Shown here one piece after another: positions 9,197-19,724 of a stretch of 64,000 nucleotides of DNA. Each line of letters opens with the position of its first letter. Position 1 is the first letter of the stretch. The DNA comes from a candidate division WOR-3 bacterium. GTDB taxonomy: Bacteria; Hydrothermota; Tepidihabitantia; SM23-42. Position numbers and translations under genes: made by a program. The stretch is taken from positions 8,943 through 72,942 of the forward strand of contig DRIG01000095.1 of NCBI GenBank assembly GCA_011052815.1, written 5' to 3'. The notes under the pieces were generated by a model, which had not been told where the DNA came from, did not search any database, and saw nothing but the letters and a program-made list of their open reading frames with translations.

Positions 9197-10195
9197 ATGG
9201 AAGGGATGAAGGACGAGATTAAAAAAATCCACGAGGAGATCGAAAAAGAAAGTATTATTGTGCAGACGATAACGAATGAAATCGGCAAGGCGATAGTCGG
9301 GCAGAAATATCTTATAAACAGGCTTCTGGTCGGTCTGCTTGCGGACGGGCATATTCTGATAGAAGGTGTACCAGGACTCGCAAAGACCTATGCCGTACGG
9401 ACCCTGGCCAATGTAATAAAAACCGAATTCCATCGTATCCAGTTCACCCCTGACCTTCTTCCCGCCGATATCATCGGTACAATGGTATATAATCAAAGAA
9501 CCAATGAATTCACGGTAAGTAAAGGCCCCATCTTTGCCAATCTAATACTCGCCGATGAAATAAACCGGACACCACCCAAGGTCCAGAGTGCGCTCCTCGA
9601 AGCAATGCAGGAACGGCAGGTCACGATCGGCGACAAAACCTTTAAACTGGATGATCCTTTTATGGTGTTTGCAACACAAAATCCTATAGAGCAGGAAGGA
9701 ACATATCCACTCCCGGAAGCCCAGATAGATCGTTTTCTCTTGAAGATAAAAATTACATATCCCGATAAAAAAGAAGAGAAAGAAATAGTTGAACGGATAG
9801 CGGTCGCCGGAGAACCGAAAATCAAACCGGTCGTGGATCCAAAGACGATAATCAAAGCCCGGGAGTTGTGCAAAAAAATATATATCGACGATAAAATCAA
9901 GGACTATATCATCGACCTCGTATTCGCCACCCGAGAACCGAAATCTTTCGGCCTGGAGGAACTCTCCGGTTTAATACGCTACGGCGCATCACCACGCGCT
10001 TCAATCTATCTGACCAGTACGGCACGTGCCCTTGCGTTTCTGAAACGCCGTGGTTTTGTAATTCCCGAAGATATAAAAGAACTGGCACCGGATGTCCTGC
10101 GCCATCGAATCATTCTCACTTATGAAGCCGAAGCCGAAGAAGTCACGACCGATGACGTGATCCAGAAAATATTAAGCGGTGTTGAAGTGCCATAA
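9197..10195 (+). CDS. MoxR-family AAA+ ATPase; first gene of the Bat operon.
   Basis: Walker A GVPGLAKT, MoxR-like length and context, strong RBS. Confidence 0.9.
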   Translation: MEGMKDEIKKIHEEIEKESIIVQTITNEIGKAIVGQKYLINRLLVGLLADGHILIEGVPGLAKTYAVRTLANVIKTEFHRIQFTPDLLPADIIGTMVYNQRTNEFTVSKGPIFANLILADEINRTPPKVQSALLEAMQERQVTIGDKTFKLDDPFMVFATQNPIEQEGTYPLPEAQIDRFLLKIKITYPDKKEEKEIVERIAVAGEPKIKPVVDPKTIIKARELCKKIYIDDKIKDYIIDLVFATREPKSFGLEELSGLIRYGASPRASIYLTSTARALAFLKRRGFVIPEDIKELAPDVLRHRIILTYEAEAEEVTTDDVIQKILSGVEVP

Positions 10196-10221
10196 CTGCT
10201 ACTTACTGAACGGAGACGCTG

Positions 10222-11121
10222 ATGGCTTTACTGTCAGCTGAATTTCTGAAGAAGATAAGACGCATCGAGATCCGCACGAAGAAACTGGTCAACACGATGT
10301 TCGCCGGCGAGTATAAATCAACTTTTAAAGGAACCGGTATTGAGTTTCTTGATGTAAGGGAATATCTACCCGGCGACGATGTCAGAACCATCGACTGGAA
10401 AGTAACGGCGCGCATGGGAAAACCTTATGTAAAAAAATTCGCCGAGGATCGGGAATTGACGGTGATCCTCTGTGTCGATGCATCCGGGTCAGGCCGCTTC
10501 AGCACGCGCAATCAATTCAAGCTCGAACAAGCCGCGGAGATAGCCGCAACCCTCGCCTTCTCCGCTGTCAGGAATAATGATAAAGTCGGGCTTCTCTTTT
10601 TCACTGAACAACCGGAAAAATACATCCCGCCGCGTAAAGGAAGATTCCATGTCCTGCGTCTTATTCGGGATATCTTATATTTTACTCCCCGGCACAAAGG
10701 AACGAATCCGATACTCGCCCTTGAATTTCTCATGCACATCCTCAAACACCGCGCGATCATCTTTTTTATAAGTGATTTCATCGGTGATGCCTTCTCGGTC
10801 GATGACCTGCGTATCCCCCTTGGAGTCGTGGCGAGACGCCATGATTTTGTGGTGATAACGATAAATGATCCGATGGAACATCTCCTTCCGAAAATGGGAA
10901 TCGTTGATTTGGAAGATACTGAAACCGGTGAAATAATGACAATCAATACTTCCTCGACGTCACTGCGCAATGACTACCGGGCGCATCGTATGATGGAACA
11001 GGAAAAAAGACAACGGCTTCTGAAATCACTCGGCATCGATTCGATCGAGCTTCTCACATCCGAAGACTTCACTCCGAAACTCCATAAATTCTTTCAGGAA
11101 CGCGCCAGGAGATACAGATAA
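10222..11121 (+). CDS. DUF58 family protein (vWA-like partner of MoxR).
   Basis: Conserved position after moxR. The sequence pattern is typical of DUF58. Confidence 0.8.
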   Translation: MALLSAEFLKKIRRIEIRTKKLVNTMFAGEYKSTFKGTGIEFLDVREYLPGDDVRTIDWKVTARMGKPYVKKFAEDRELTVILCVDASGSGRFSTRNQFKLEQAAEIAATLAFSAVRNNDKVGLLFFTEQPEKYIPPRKGRFHVLRLIRDILYFTPRHKGTNPILALEFLMHILKHRAIIFFISDFIGDAFSVDDLRIPLGVVARRHDFVVITINDPMEHLLPKMGIVDLEDTETGEIMTINTSSTSLRNDYRAHRMMEQEKRQRLLKSLGIDSIELLTSEDFTPKLHKFFQERARRYR

Positions 11122-11123
11122 CC

Positions 11124-12005
11124 ATGCTGTTGCTTATTGTGTTGTTGTCACAGATCGAGATTCACGCCAAGCTCGATAAACACTTCATCAATAAAAAGCT
11201 TACGGTCGGAGAGCCGTTCCAGATAATTCTGACATTAAAATATCCTCACGACCTGGACGTCTCGACTTTCTTCGTGGATTCACTTGAGCCCTTTGTGATT
11301 ATCGATCAAAAGAATAAGATGGTGCGGGAAAAAGGTTATGTCTCAAATGTATATACAATCAAAGCAGCCGCTTTTAAGACCGGTGAGCTGGAAATTCCAC
11401 CATTCAAATTTCTATACCGCCATCATGACGGTATAGATACTTTAAAGAGCAACACCATTCCCATAAGAATTGAAAGTGTCATGCCCGCGGACATGAAAGA
11501 TATAAACGATATCAAAAAAGCAATAGAATTCCCCAACTATCTACCATTGATAATCGCTGCGGTAGTCATCATCGGTGCTCTCCTTGCGTATTTTGCTTAT
11601 AAATTTTTAAAGAGGTTGAAAAAAGAACGCATAATGAGTCGGCCCTTACCCCCTCCCTGGGTGGAGGCGCTTGCCGCGATTGAAAACATTCCTGTCGTGG
11701 AGTGGCTGGAAAAAGGTTTGATCAAAAAATATTATTATACACTTTCCGAAATTTTAAAACGCTATCTTGAACGCCGTTTTGAATTCAACGCCGCCGAGCA
11801 GACGACCACCGAAATAATAAATAATTTGAAGCTCCAGAAAGTTCCATCTTATGACGGTTTTAGGAATTTCTTCACCCAGGCCGATCTGGTGAAGTACGCA
11901 AAATTCACGCCCTCATCGGATGAGATGGAAAAAGCCGTTGATGTCGCAAAAGAACTTATTGATAAAACAAAACCTCAGACAGAAGAAAGGGAGACGAACA
12001 AATGA
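11124..12005 (+). CDS. Hypothetical membrane protein of the Bat operon (DUF4381-like).
   Basis: Single transmembrane segment mid-protein. Sits between DUF58 and batA, as in Bat operons. Confidence 0.45.
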   Translation: MLLLIVLLSQIEIHAKLDKHFINKKLTVGEPFQIILTLKYPHDLDVSTFFVDSLEPFVIIDQKNKMVREKGYVSNVYTIKAAAFKTGELEIPPFKFLYRHHDGIDTLKSNTIPIRIESVMPADMKDINDIKKAIEFPNYLPLIIAAVVIIGALLAYFAYKFLKRLKKERIMSRPLPPPWVEALAAIENIPVVEWLEKGLIKKYYYTLSEILKRYLERRFEFNAAEQTTTEIINNLKLQKVPSYDGFRNFFTQADLVKYAKFTPSSDEMEKAVDVAKELIDKTKPQTEERETNK

Positions 12006-12979
12006 GATTTGCAGAACCGTGGTATCTTCTTCTTTTGCTATTGATTATTCCATTAATCTATCTCGAAACAAAGAAGAAAAGAGCCGCCGTCAGATTCTCG
12101 GACATATCCTTTTTCAAAAACACTGCAAAATACAACCGGATTCTCCATTATCTTCCCATCAGCCTTAATATAGTTGTATTGGTTCTCATAACAATCGGAC
12201 TTGCACGTCCCCAGAAAGGCAGGGTATTTGAAGAGATTGAAACAAAAGGAGTTGATATTATACTCTGTCTGGATATCTCCACGTCAATGAAGGCGGAAGA
12301 TTTCAAACCGAAGAACCGCCTCTTCGTGGCGAAAGAAAAGGCGAAAGAGTTTATCAATAAACGACGGGGCGATCGAATAGGGCTCGTCGTATTCGCCGCC
12401 GACGCACTCACTCAATGTCCATTAACCTTTGACCATAAGATTCTGAACGAACTCATTGACTATGTCGATTTCGGAATTCTTGAAGACGGCACGGCAATCG
12501 GAATGGGTTTGGCGACCGCTGTAGCACGCCTGAAAGATTCCCGGGCAAAAGAGAAAATGATTATACTCCTTACTGATGGAGTAAACAACACGGGCGAGGT
12601 TGATCCGACGAGTGCCGCGAAGATAGCTCAGGCGTATAATATCAAAGTATACTGCATCGGTGTCGGTACCAAAGGAAAAGTTCCGTATCCGGTTGACCAT
12701 CCGATATTCGGACGTCAGTACGCACAGGTGGAGATTGATTTCAATATGGAAACATTAAATGAAATCGCAGCCGCCACCGGAGGACGGGCGTTTCTCGCTT
12801 CGGACGCCGAAGCGCTGGGGGTAATCTATGACGAAATTGATAAGATGGAGCCGACCACGTTCAAAACAACAAAACACACGGTCTATTCGGAAAAAGCCGG
12901 TTGTTTCCTCCTTCCGTCTGTGATAATTTTGATTGTGAATTTTCTCCTCAACATCACAATCTTCAGGAGGTTACCGTGA
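12002..12979 (+). CDS. batA: BatA-like von Willebrand factor A domain membrane protein.
   Basis: N-terminal transmembrane segments, MIDAS motif LDISTSM, vWA fold pattern. Confidence 0.8.
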   Translation: MRFAEPWYLLLLLLIIPLIYLETKKKRAAVRFSDISFFKNTAKYNRILHYLPISLNIVVLVLITIGLARPQKGRVFEEIETKGVDIILCLDISTSMKAEDFKPKNRLFVAKEKAKEFINKRRGDRIGLVVFAADALTQCPLTFDHKILNELIDYVDFGILEDGTAIGMGLATAVARLKDSRAKEKMIILLTDGVNNTGEVDPTSAAKIAQAYNIKVYCIGVGTKGKVPYPVDHPIFGRQYAQVEIDFNMETLNEIAAATGGRAFLASDAEALGVIYDEIDKMEPTTFKTTKHTVYSEKAGCFLLPSVIILIVNFLLNITIFRRLP

Positions 12980-14604
12980 TAAAATGGGCTGAGCCTCACT
13001 ATCTTTCTTTATTGCTGTTAATCCCGCTTTTCATCATCGGAATCATCATTTATATGATGCGTAAAAAGAAAACCTTATCAAAATTCGCCGATGACCATAT
13101 TATACCGAGAATCACCGATACATTAAATAAAAAACTTCAGGTTTCAAAATATATTTTATTGATTCTGGCATTTGCTTTCCTGGTCATAAGCCTGGCACGG
13201 CCTAAATGGGGGGAAAAATTACAAATCTACAAAGGAAAGGGAATCGACGTCGTCATCGCACTTGATGCGTCAAAGAGTATGCTTGCTCAGGACATCAAAC
13301 CGGACAGATTGACCAGGGCGAAAACCGAAATCATCTCCCTGCTCGACAATCTCACCACAGACCGTGTCGGGATAACCGCATTTGCGGGTGAATGTTATAT
13401 TATGTGTCCACTAACGACAGACATTGAAGCTGCAAAACTGTTTTTAAATGTAATCTCTCCCGAAGTGATACCTAAACCGGGTACTGATCTCGAAAAGGCG
13501 ATTTCAGTTTCATGCTCGCTCTTCAACCCTGACGAAGAAACGCATAAAGCACTGATCCTCTTTACCGACGGTGACAATCTGGTGGGTGATCCGATGTCTG
13601 CCGTTGAAAAAATAAAAGATCAGGGAGTAAGACTTTTTACAATCGGTGTCGGAACAATCGAAGGCTCACCGGTTCCGGAAATAGATGAACAGGGTAATTT
13701 CAGTTCTTACAAGAAAGACAAGGATGATAAAATCGTTATGTCCCGATTGGCGGAAAGGCTTCTTATAATTCTTGCAAAGGCAACCGACGGCAGGTATTTC
13801 AGAACTGAGGGAGTCTATATAGATAGATTGGTCGGTGAACTTGACAAAATAAAGAAGAAGGAGATCGGCGGGGGTGAGTATGTGGAATATGAGGAACGTT
13901 ATCAATATTTCCTTACCATCGCATTCATCTTTCTCTTTCTCAATATCTTTCTCACGGATCGCAGAGGCAGGTGGTTTGAAAGGCTGTTCTTACTTTTTCT
14001 GTTTTCTTGCGGTTTGAATTTTGCATATGCCGATGTGGGAGCGAATATGCGGAAAGGAAATCACCTCTGTCGTAAAGGCAAATATGAAGATGCATTACAA
14101 CAATATCAAAAGGCACTGGTTCAGGAACCGGATAATCCGAAGATCCATTATAATATGGCGCGGGCATTGTATAAAACCGAAAAGTATGATGAAGCAATCA
14201 GTGAATTCGAATTAGGACTGCTTATGAAAGATGAAAAGTTCAAAGCAAACAGCTTCTATAATATCGGCAACTGCCAGTTCAGAAAGGGACAGCTCGATGC
14301 CGCAATCAACGCCTACAAAACAGCCCTCCTTTTAAATCCAGACGATATGGAAGCTAAACAGAACCTCGAATTCTGCATCAAATTGAAAGAATCCCTCAAG
14401 AACCAGCCGCAGAGTGATTCTCTCCAGCAGCAGCAACAACAACGGCAACAAAATCAACCGCAACCTCAGCCGCAGAAAAAGAAAGGTGAAATCAATAAAG
14501 AAGAAGCTGAACGGATTCTACAGGCCCTAAAAGATAAAGAAAAAGAGAATCTGAAAAAGTCAAAACAGAAAAGAAAGAAAGAAAATGTGGCGAAAGATTG
14601 GTAG
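12976..14604 (+). CDS. batB: BatB-like vWA + TPR protein. Start revised to the GTG at 12976, overlapping the batA stop.
   Basis: The N-terminus VIKWAEPHYL is paralogous to the BatA N-terminus. MIDAS LDASKSM, C-terminal TPRs, and a Q/PQ-rich tail. AGGAGG lies 6 nt before the GTG. Confidence 0.75.
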   Translation: MIKWAEPHYLSLLLLIPLFIIGIIIYMMRKKKTLSKFADDHIIPRITDTLNKKLQVSKYILLILAFAFLVISLARPKWGEKLQIYKGKGIDVVIALDASKSMLAQDIKPDRLTRAKTEIISLLDNLTTDRVGITAFAGECYIMCPLTTDIEAAKLFLNVISPEVIPKPGTDLEKAISVSCSLFNPDEETHKALILFTDGDNLVGDPMSAVEKIKDQGVRLFTIGVGTIEGSPVPEIDEQGNFSSYKKDKDDKIVMSRLAERLLIILAKATDGRYFRTEGVYIDRLVGELDKIKKKEIGGGEYVEYEERYQYFLTIAFIFLFLNIFLTDRRGRWFERLFLLFLFSCGLNFAYADVGANMRKGNHLCRKGKYEDALQQYQKALVQEPDNPKIHYNMARALYKTEKYDEAISEFELGLLMKDEKFKANSFYNIGNCQFRKGQLDAAINAYKTALLLNPDDMEAKQNLEFCIKLKESLKNQPQSDSLQQQQQQRQQNQPQPQPQKKKGEINKEEAERILQALKDKEKENLKKSKQKRKKENVAKDW

Positions 14605-16345
14605 ACTATTCATCTTAACACAGATAATCTTATTTGCCGAAGAACTGAATTTCACTGCGTCAGTCAACCGAACCGAAGTGGGGCTTGATGAAGCCGTGGT
14701 TCTGACGGTCTCGGTCGAGGGAAATAATATCGATAAAATTCCTTCACCCCAATTACCTGATCTTCCGGACTTCGACATCGGCGGTACTTCATCTTCACAA
14801 TCAACCAGCATTCAAATAATCAACGGGAAATTCACCAAACAACAGTTAATCAACTTCATCTACACTCTATATCCGAAAAAAATCGGTGAACTGACGATTG
14901 GAATTTGTAAATTGGAATTTCAGGGAAAAACATACACCACCCAACCGATAAAAATAACCGTGATAAAAGGAAAAACAAAACCAGCCCGGCCTCCGTCAGC
15001 AGGGCCGGCCCCTTCAGAGCCACGGGTTCCCATCAGTGAAAATTTGAAACTGCTGGCGAGTGTCAATCGTAAAACCATCTATCTCGGAGAACAGGTCAAT
15101 GTCGAATTCAGCCTCTACAATCGATTGAATTTGAGCAATCTTAATCTCACAGAAACGCCGTCGTTCAGCGGTTTTTGGGTGGAGCCGATCTTTGATGCAA
15201 AAAAGATAAATTTCCAAAAGAAGAGCATCAACGGGAAATTATATGAAGTGTGTCTTTTGAAAAAAGCGGCCCTCTTTCCGATGACGACCGGCAAATTGAA
15301 AATCGGTCCGATGAAAATGGACGCGGAAATAGTACAACCTCCCCGTGACTTCTTCGATTTTTTCGGCAGGGCAAAAGTAGTGCAACTCGAATCTGAGCCA
15401 CTCTATATCACGGTCAAGCCTTTACCGGAAACCGGCAAGCCTGAAGAATTCACCGGCGGTGTCGGTCGATTCTCGATGTCAGCGACACTCGACAGAACAA
15501 CTTCTGAAGCGGCTGAACCGATCACCCTGACCATCAAAATCAAGGGAACGGGCAATATCAGGTTGATCGAAAAACCGAAAATTCCTCCAATTTCAGGAGT
15601 TAAAGTTCTCGACCCGGAAACAAAAGACAATGTCAAGATCGTAAATAACCGGGTAAAGGGCTACAAGGAGTTCCGCTATCCTCTTATTCCCCAGGTTGAC
15701 GGCGAACATCTTATTCCATCGATAAAGATCGCTTATTTCGACCCACGGGACAAAAAATATCACACGATAAAGACCGAACAGCTGACATTCACCGCCACCC
15801 GCACCACTGCCGCCGCCGAAGCGGTGCGAGCGGGCGGTCTTAAAATACTGGGCAGTGACATCAATTACATCAAATCCGACAGGCTGCGTCTGACCGCGCA
15901 AAAATATTCTGCAGATTGGTGGGTGCTTCTAATGTATTTTGCATCGTTGATAATCGTCGGGTTATCCCTGATCTACCGTCGTCATCAAGCAAAACTGCTC
16001 ACTGACCGCGCTTATGCAAGAAAATTACGTGCCAATAAAGAAGTGAGAAGAAAGATAAAGGAAGCGGAACGTTGTTTGGCGAAACAGGAAATCCAAAAGT
16101 TTTACGGACTTTTATCGAAGATCCTTATCGGTTATATCGGCGACCGCTTCAATCTTGACACCCGGATGCTCACCAGAGAGCAGTTGACAGAGGAACTGAT
16201 CAAACGAAATGTAAAAGAAGAACTCGTGAAAAGAATATCTACTGTTATCGAACGATGTGAAACAGTACGTTTTTCACCAGGCGGAGAATATGATGAACCG
16301 ATGGATATGCTGCAGCGAATAAAGGAGATTATCCGTGAATTATAA
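14585..16345 (+). CDS. batD: BatD-like oxygen-tolerance protein.
   Basis: Signal peptide, ~586 aa, C-terminal transmembrane segment followed by a charged tail. Canonical position in the Bat operon. Confidence 0.7.
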   Translation: MWRKIGRLFILTQIILFAEELNFTASVNRTEVGLDEAVVLTVSVEGNNIDKIPSPQLPDLPDFDIGGTSSSQSTSIQIINGKFTKQQLINFIYTLYPKKIGELTIGICKLEFQGKTYTTQPIKITVIKGKTKPARPPSAGPAPSEPRVPISENLKLLASVNRKTIYLGEQVNVEFSLYNRLNLSNLNLTETPSFSGFWVEPIFDAKKINFQKKSINGKLYEVCLLKKAALFPMTTGKLKIGPMKMDAEIVQPPRDFFDFFGRAKVVQLESEPLYITVKPLPETGKPEEFTGGVGRFSMSATLDRTTSEAAEPITLTIKIKGTGNIRLIEKPKIPPISGVKVLDPETKDNVKIVNNRVKGYKEFRYPLIPQVDGEHLIPSIKIAYFDPRDKKYHTIKTEQLTFTATRTTAAAEAVRAGGLKILGSDINYIKSDRLRLTAQKYSADWWVLLMYFASLIIVGLSLIYRRHQAKLLTDRAYARKLRANKEVRRKIKEAERCLAKQEIQKFYGLLSKILIGYIGDRFNLDTRMLTREQLTEELIKRNVKEELVKRISTVIERCETVRFSPGGEYDEPMDMLQRIKEIIREL

Positions 16346-16377
16346 TTATTCGGACAGAAGATATCCGGGAGAGTAAA

Positions 16378-17118
16378 ATGGTTTCAATATTGATTATTCT
16401 GACGGCTCTGAATTCAAACATAACTGCGGCTGATTTATATAACGAAGGCAACAGAGCCTATGAAAAAGGAGATTACAAAACCGCTGTTGAAAAATATGAA
16501 GAAGCCGCCTTGAGGATCAGAAATTCTGATCTTTACTACAATTTGGGAAACAGTTATTTTAAAGCGGGAAATATAGGAAAGGCAATCGTCAACTACCGAA
16601 GGGCATATTTCCTCAATCCCCGGGATGGTGATATAAAACATAACTTGGCGTTTGTAAGAAGATATCGTGTGGATAAAATCAACATCATTGAAAGTCCGAT
16701 AACAAAATTTTTCTCGGCGCTCTTCCACTTTCTGACCATAACTGAAGCGCAAAATCTGGCGGCGTTCTCATTTTTCCTCACCGCTGTTCTGGTTTCACTC
16801 TTTCTGATTATGAGAAAAAAAATCTACGGCTATGCAGCGATGGTCACTGTGATATCATTTTTCTTCTTTTTAATCAACTGGCAGATCTGGCGCCGTGAAT
16901 CGATTTCCTCCGATGCAGTGGTGGTCGTACCGGAAGTCACGGCTTTCAGCGGACCCGGTGATGAATACAAAGAAATTCTTGTAATCCACGACGGTGCTGA
17001 AGTGAAAATCCGGGAGATAAGAAACAATTACGCCCTGGTCCAGCTGCCCGGTGGTATCGGCGGCTGGGTCGACCTCAACGGTTTCGAAAAAATCTTCCCC
17101 CTCCCCACCTCCGATTAA
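16378..17118 (+). CDS. batE: BatE-like TPR + SH3b-domain membrane protein.
   Basis: N-terminal TPRs, a transmembrane segment, and a C-terminal SH3-like beta domain. Last gene of the Bat operon. Confidence 0.6.
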   Translation: MVSILIILTALNSNITAADLYNEGNRAYEKGDYKTAVEKYEEAALRIRNSDLYYNLGNSYFKAGNIGKAIVNYRRAYFLNPRDGDIKHNLAFVRRYRVDKINIIESPITKFFSALFHFLTITEAQNLAAFSFFLTAVLVSLFLIMRKKIYGYAAMVTVISFFFFLINWQIWRRESISSDAVVVVPEVTAFSGPGDEYKEILVIHDGAEVKIREIRNNYALVQLPGGIGGWVDLNGFEKIFPLPTSD

Positions 17119-17155
17119 ACTTTTGATTCTGAATTTTTCAGTTGTTCACCTTGAA

Positions 17156-17602
17156 TTATTTAATCTCTACATCAATCTGTCTCGGTTTTTCCTCTTCGAG
17201 TTTGGGCAATGTGATGTTCAACACCCCGTCTTTATAAGTGGCTTTGATCTTGTTTGAATCAACGGTCGACGGTAAAGAAATCGTCCTGCTGAATTTGCCG
17301 TATGAGCGTTCGATCCTGTGGAATGTTTTGTCCTTGGTCTCTTTTTCCTGTTTCCGCTCACCGGAAATCGAAAGGACATTATCACGCACCGTCACCTTTA
17401 TATCCTCTTTCTTCATACCGGGAAGTTCGGCTTTGACAATGTAGTTTTCATTATCTTCCTCAATGTCAATCACCGGTGACCAAAAACCTTCTTTCTCCTC
17501 AGGAAAACCGCTGAAGAAACTTTTGAAAAACCGATCCATATCCGCCCTCAAATTCAGCATATCCCGAAAAGGTTCCCATTTATCCAGAAATTTATCCGCC
17601 AT
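17156..17602 (-). CDS. Hsp20/alpha-crystallin small heat-shock protein, paralogue 2.
   Basis: Near-identical core to the 8098-8553 gene (GERKQEKETKDKTFHRIER). RBS GGAGG. Confidence 0.9.
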   Translation of the reverse strand: MADKFLDKWEPFRDMLNLRADMDRFFKSFFSGFPEEKEGFWSPVIDIEEDNENYIVKAELPGMKKEDIKVTVRDNVLSISGERKQEKETKDKTFHRIERSYGKFSRTISLPSTVDSNKIKATYKDGVLNITLPKLEEEKPRQIDVEIK

Positions 17603-17659
17603 AGCCGCCTCCTTCTATATTTTTGACATCGGAATCCCAAAAAAGTTAAACGCCTCTTC

Positions 17660-18637
17660 TTACGGCAGTTTGATGATTTTGTCCGCAATCCTCCTGTTTG
17701 CGTTCATAAGAAAATAGACACCCGGCGCCAGGATCCTATCTCTGTTATCTCTTCCATTCCAGGTATAGACAGAGGTCGAACCGTTAACTTTATATGTCGG
17801 CGGCAGAACTTTCACCACCCTTCCGGTCATATCAAAGATCTTCAGGTCTTCGTCATCTCCAACTATATCCCCGGTGTATTGAATCGTTATTTCAGCGATA
17901 TCCGTAAAGGGATTCGGTTGAATCGTAAAACAACCGTTTACGCCCCCTTCCATATTTTCCATAACAGCGGATTCTTCAGCCCGCACGATGATGTTGTCAC
18001 ATTTTGTCGAAGCGGTGTCAGCCATATTGAATACATAAATCCCAAAATACCCATGACTTACACTGTCATTTACAATCGGACACTCCGGAAGCAACTGATC
18101 ATCATAATAAGCCCAGATCGAATCGGCTATCACCGTAAGTTTAAACTTATGCCACGAAGATGTCGCAGGAACACCTCCCGGAATTTCAGAATCAAACCAG
18201 TCTTTCAAAACAACCGGCATACCACCAGAACCGATCAATCCCAACCTCAACCGTCCGTCTGCATCAAAATCCGATACAAAACGGTAATAATAACGGGTAG
18301 TGGGGTTCATCCTGATTGCAATTCCGTTATAGGGCCCAACGACACTACTAACCGTGGTATAAATCCAGGCTTCGACCGAGTAATCGGTCAAGTTTGGAAC
18401 TCCTGAATAGGTTAAACCCGCCATCCCCATATACTCATTTGATATACGTCCTGCCCAGAAATCTCCTCCGGGTGTGGTGGAATCCGCAATCACTCCCATA
18501 CTGTCTCCGATACCGAGGCTGTCCGTAAACCAAGGATGCCAGTCAAGTTGCATATTACCGTCTGTAAAATACTCTTCATAAAGCACCTGACTGAAAAGTA
18601 GACCACCTACCAGGATAAAACCTATTATTCTTTTCAT
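17660..18637 (-). CDS. Secreted protein with a T9SS C-terminal sorting domain.
   Basis: Signal peptide. The C-terminal ~80 aa carry a beta-sandwich pattern ending ...GVYFLMNANRRIADKIIKLP. Confidence 0.55.
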   Translation of the reverse strand: MKRIIGFILVGGLLFSQVLYEEYFTDGNMQLDWHPWFTDSLGIGDSMGVIADSTTPGGDFWAGRISNEYMGMAGLTYSGVPNLTDYSVEAWIYTTVSSVVGPYNGIAIRMNPTTRYYYRFVSDFDADGRLRLGLIGSGGMPVVLKDWFDSEIPGGVPATSSWHKFKLTVIADSIWAYYDDQLLPECPIVNDSVSHGYFGIYVFNMADTASTKCDNIIVRAEESAVMENMEGGVNGCFTIQPNPFTDIAEITIQYTGDIVGDDEDLKIFDMTGRVVKVLPPTYKVNGSTSVYTWNGRDNRDRILAPGVYFLMNANRRIADKIIKLP

Positions 18638-18679
18638 AAATACCTCCTTTTCTTCACCTTCTCGACCCTTTGTAAATAT

Positions 18680-19714
18680 TTAAAATCCTATTGTCACGGA
18701 TATCCTGTGAGTCGAGTCAAGGATGTCCATGTCAACATAAGCATAATCAACAGAAATGTCCCGGGAGCCGATCTTCATCTTCATACCGGCTCCAGCCGTA
18801 AACTTCTGGGTATCATAGTTCACTTTATACCCGCCGCGCAGAAAGAACATGTCAAAAAAGCCGTACTCGCATCCCACCTGAATCTTTTCTTCTCCGTCAT
18901 TCGGATGAATTCCATCCACCGAGACATCTAAATGGTGCTCATCACTCGTGAAAAAACCCTCCTCTTTATCAATGAGATTCAAGGCAAGACCCAACTTGAA
19001 CGCCATCGGTAAAGGAAAAGATTCTGTGGTAAGTCGGGCTTCAACATCAGGATTTCCATTGTAATCGGGCCAGGGGTCGGTCTGAACCACCAGATCATTG
19101 CCTGACAGCTGCATCCTGCCGCCGTAATTAACCAAACACATCCCCAATTTCATTCCCTTAAACGGAGTTTTCAGAATTGTTCCGACATCCAGAGCGCCTG
19201 TCGAGGCGGTTTCATTATGAAGGGTCTGTTGAATATATTTACCTGATAACCCGAGTGAAAGCTGGTTTGACAGAAACAGAGAAACGGTAAATCCGAGCAA
19301 TCCGTCGATATAATCGCAGGAAAGTCCTGTTCCCTCCGGTTCTTCAATCGTCGTCATCTCAAAGCTCGTTGAAAGAAATGAACCCCAAAGTCCGAAATTG
19401 ATTCTGGATGTCGGCAGAATAAAAGTAGCATAATCATAATTAAGATCAGCAAACCATTTGGTATGGCCTCCCAGGATATAAACCTTCTTCAATGCTGCTA
19501 TTCCTGCGGGATTATAGTATATGCCAGAGGGATCGTCCGCCAGAGCGACAAAAGCTCCGCCTCTACCCACAGGCCTTGCACCGAATTCGATCTTCAAGAA
19601 CGGTGCGGCGGTTGTGCCCACCTTATTGAAACCGTAGCCTGCAGCGGCGGTGATCAACAAAATGACATTCATCCATAAACTTCCGACTCTTCTCATCTGT
19701 GTAAAAAATCTCAT
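18680..19714 (-). CDS. PorV/PorQ-family T9SS-associated outer-membrane beta-barrel.
   Basis: Signature GARPVGRGGAFVALADD near the N-terminus. Immediately downstream of a large T9SS cargo gene. Confidence 0.6.
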   Translation of the reverse strand: MRFFTQMRRVGSLWMNVILLITAAAGYGFNKVGTTAAPFLKIEFGARPVGRGGAFVALADDPSGIYYNPAGIAALKKVYILGGHTKWFADLNYDYATFILPTSRINFGLWGSFLSTSFEMTTIEEPEGTGLSCDYIDGLLGFTVSLFLSNQLSLGLSGKYIQQTLHNETASTGALDVGTILKTPFKGMKLGMCLVNYGGRMQLSGNDLVVQTDPWPDYNGNPDVEARLTTESFPLPMAFKLGLALNLIDKEEGFFTSDEHHLDVSVDGIHPNDGEEKIQVGCEYGFFDMFFLRGGYKVNYDTQKFTAGAGMKMKIGSRDISVDYAYVDMDILDSTHRISVTIGF

Positions 19715-19724
19715 AAATCTCTCC

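Noticed and set aside
9152-9900. Minus-strand ORFs of 114 and 135 aa overlapping moxR.
   Set aside because: They lie wholly antisense inside a strongly supported MoxR gene and have low-complexity translations. Likely spurious.
12901-12975. The tool's upstream start for batB at 12901.
   Set aside because: It would overlap batA by 79 nt. The GTG at 12976, with AGGAGG 6 nt upstream, gives the conserved N-terminus shared with BatA.
14400-14475. CAG/CAA-rich stretch (poly-Q / PQ).
   Set aside because: It is a low-complexity linker in the BatB C-terminus, not a repeat element or slippage hotspot of note.
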